From Macrostomum lignano (Eukaryota), in NCBI GenBank assembly GCA_002269645.1, contig NIVC01001180.1, positions 62,001 through 126,000 on the forward strand: 64,000 bases of DNA, given 5' to 3'. Positions 63,966-64,000 of the stretch are shown here, piece after piece. The position numbers were made by a program, and so were the translations under genes. Numbering within the stretch: position 1 is the stretch's first letter; every line of letters begins with the position of its first letter. The notes under the pieces are model-generated. The model made no database searches and was not told the origin of the DNA. It saw nothing but the letters and a program-made list of their open reading frames with translations.

Positions 63966-64000
63966 CTACTTAGCACTATAGAAGTAGCTTACTAAACTAT

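Overview
This is eukaryotic (animal) genomic DNA, not prokaryotic. GC-rich spliced exons are separated by introns and intergenic spacers, most of which carry their own short tandem-repeat array. That style, plus poly-Gln/Ala exons and C-rich acceptors, suggests a flatworm such as Macrostomum (inference only). I reconstructed five protein-coding genes by hand with GT-AG, phase-consistent splicing: (1) the 3' part of CCDC148 (+); (2) an intronless, atypical Hairy/E(spl) bHLH-WRPW gene (-); (3) a complete 20-exon, ~1240-1250 aa Tequila/neurotrypsin-like mosaic serine protease (+; SP-SRCR-CTL-kringle-2xLDLa-PAN-LDLa-SRCR-LDLa-SRCR-trypsin); (4) an intron-containing pogo/Tc5-type transposase-derived gene with a C-terminal PHD finger and an apparently broken catalytic triad (-; probable domestication); (5) the 3' part of KATNIP/KIAA0556 (-). 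There is also a decayed non-LTR (RTE-like) reverse transcriptase fragment and about 40 distinct tandem arrays, including a 7.8-kb 36-bp satellite. Most long ORFs in the supplied track are repeat artefacts. The best leads are the putative domesticated pogo-PHD gene, intron arrays that begin or end in register with splice sites and share cores between neighbouring introns, and the non-canonical HES. Repeat boundaries are approximate.
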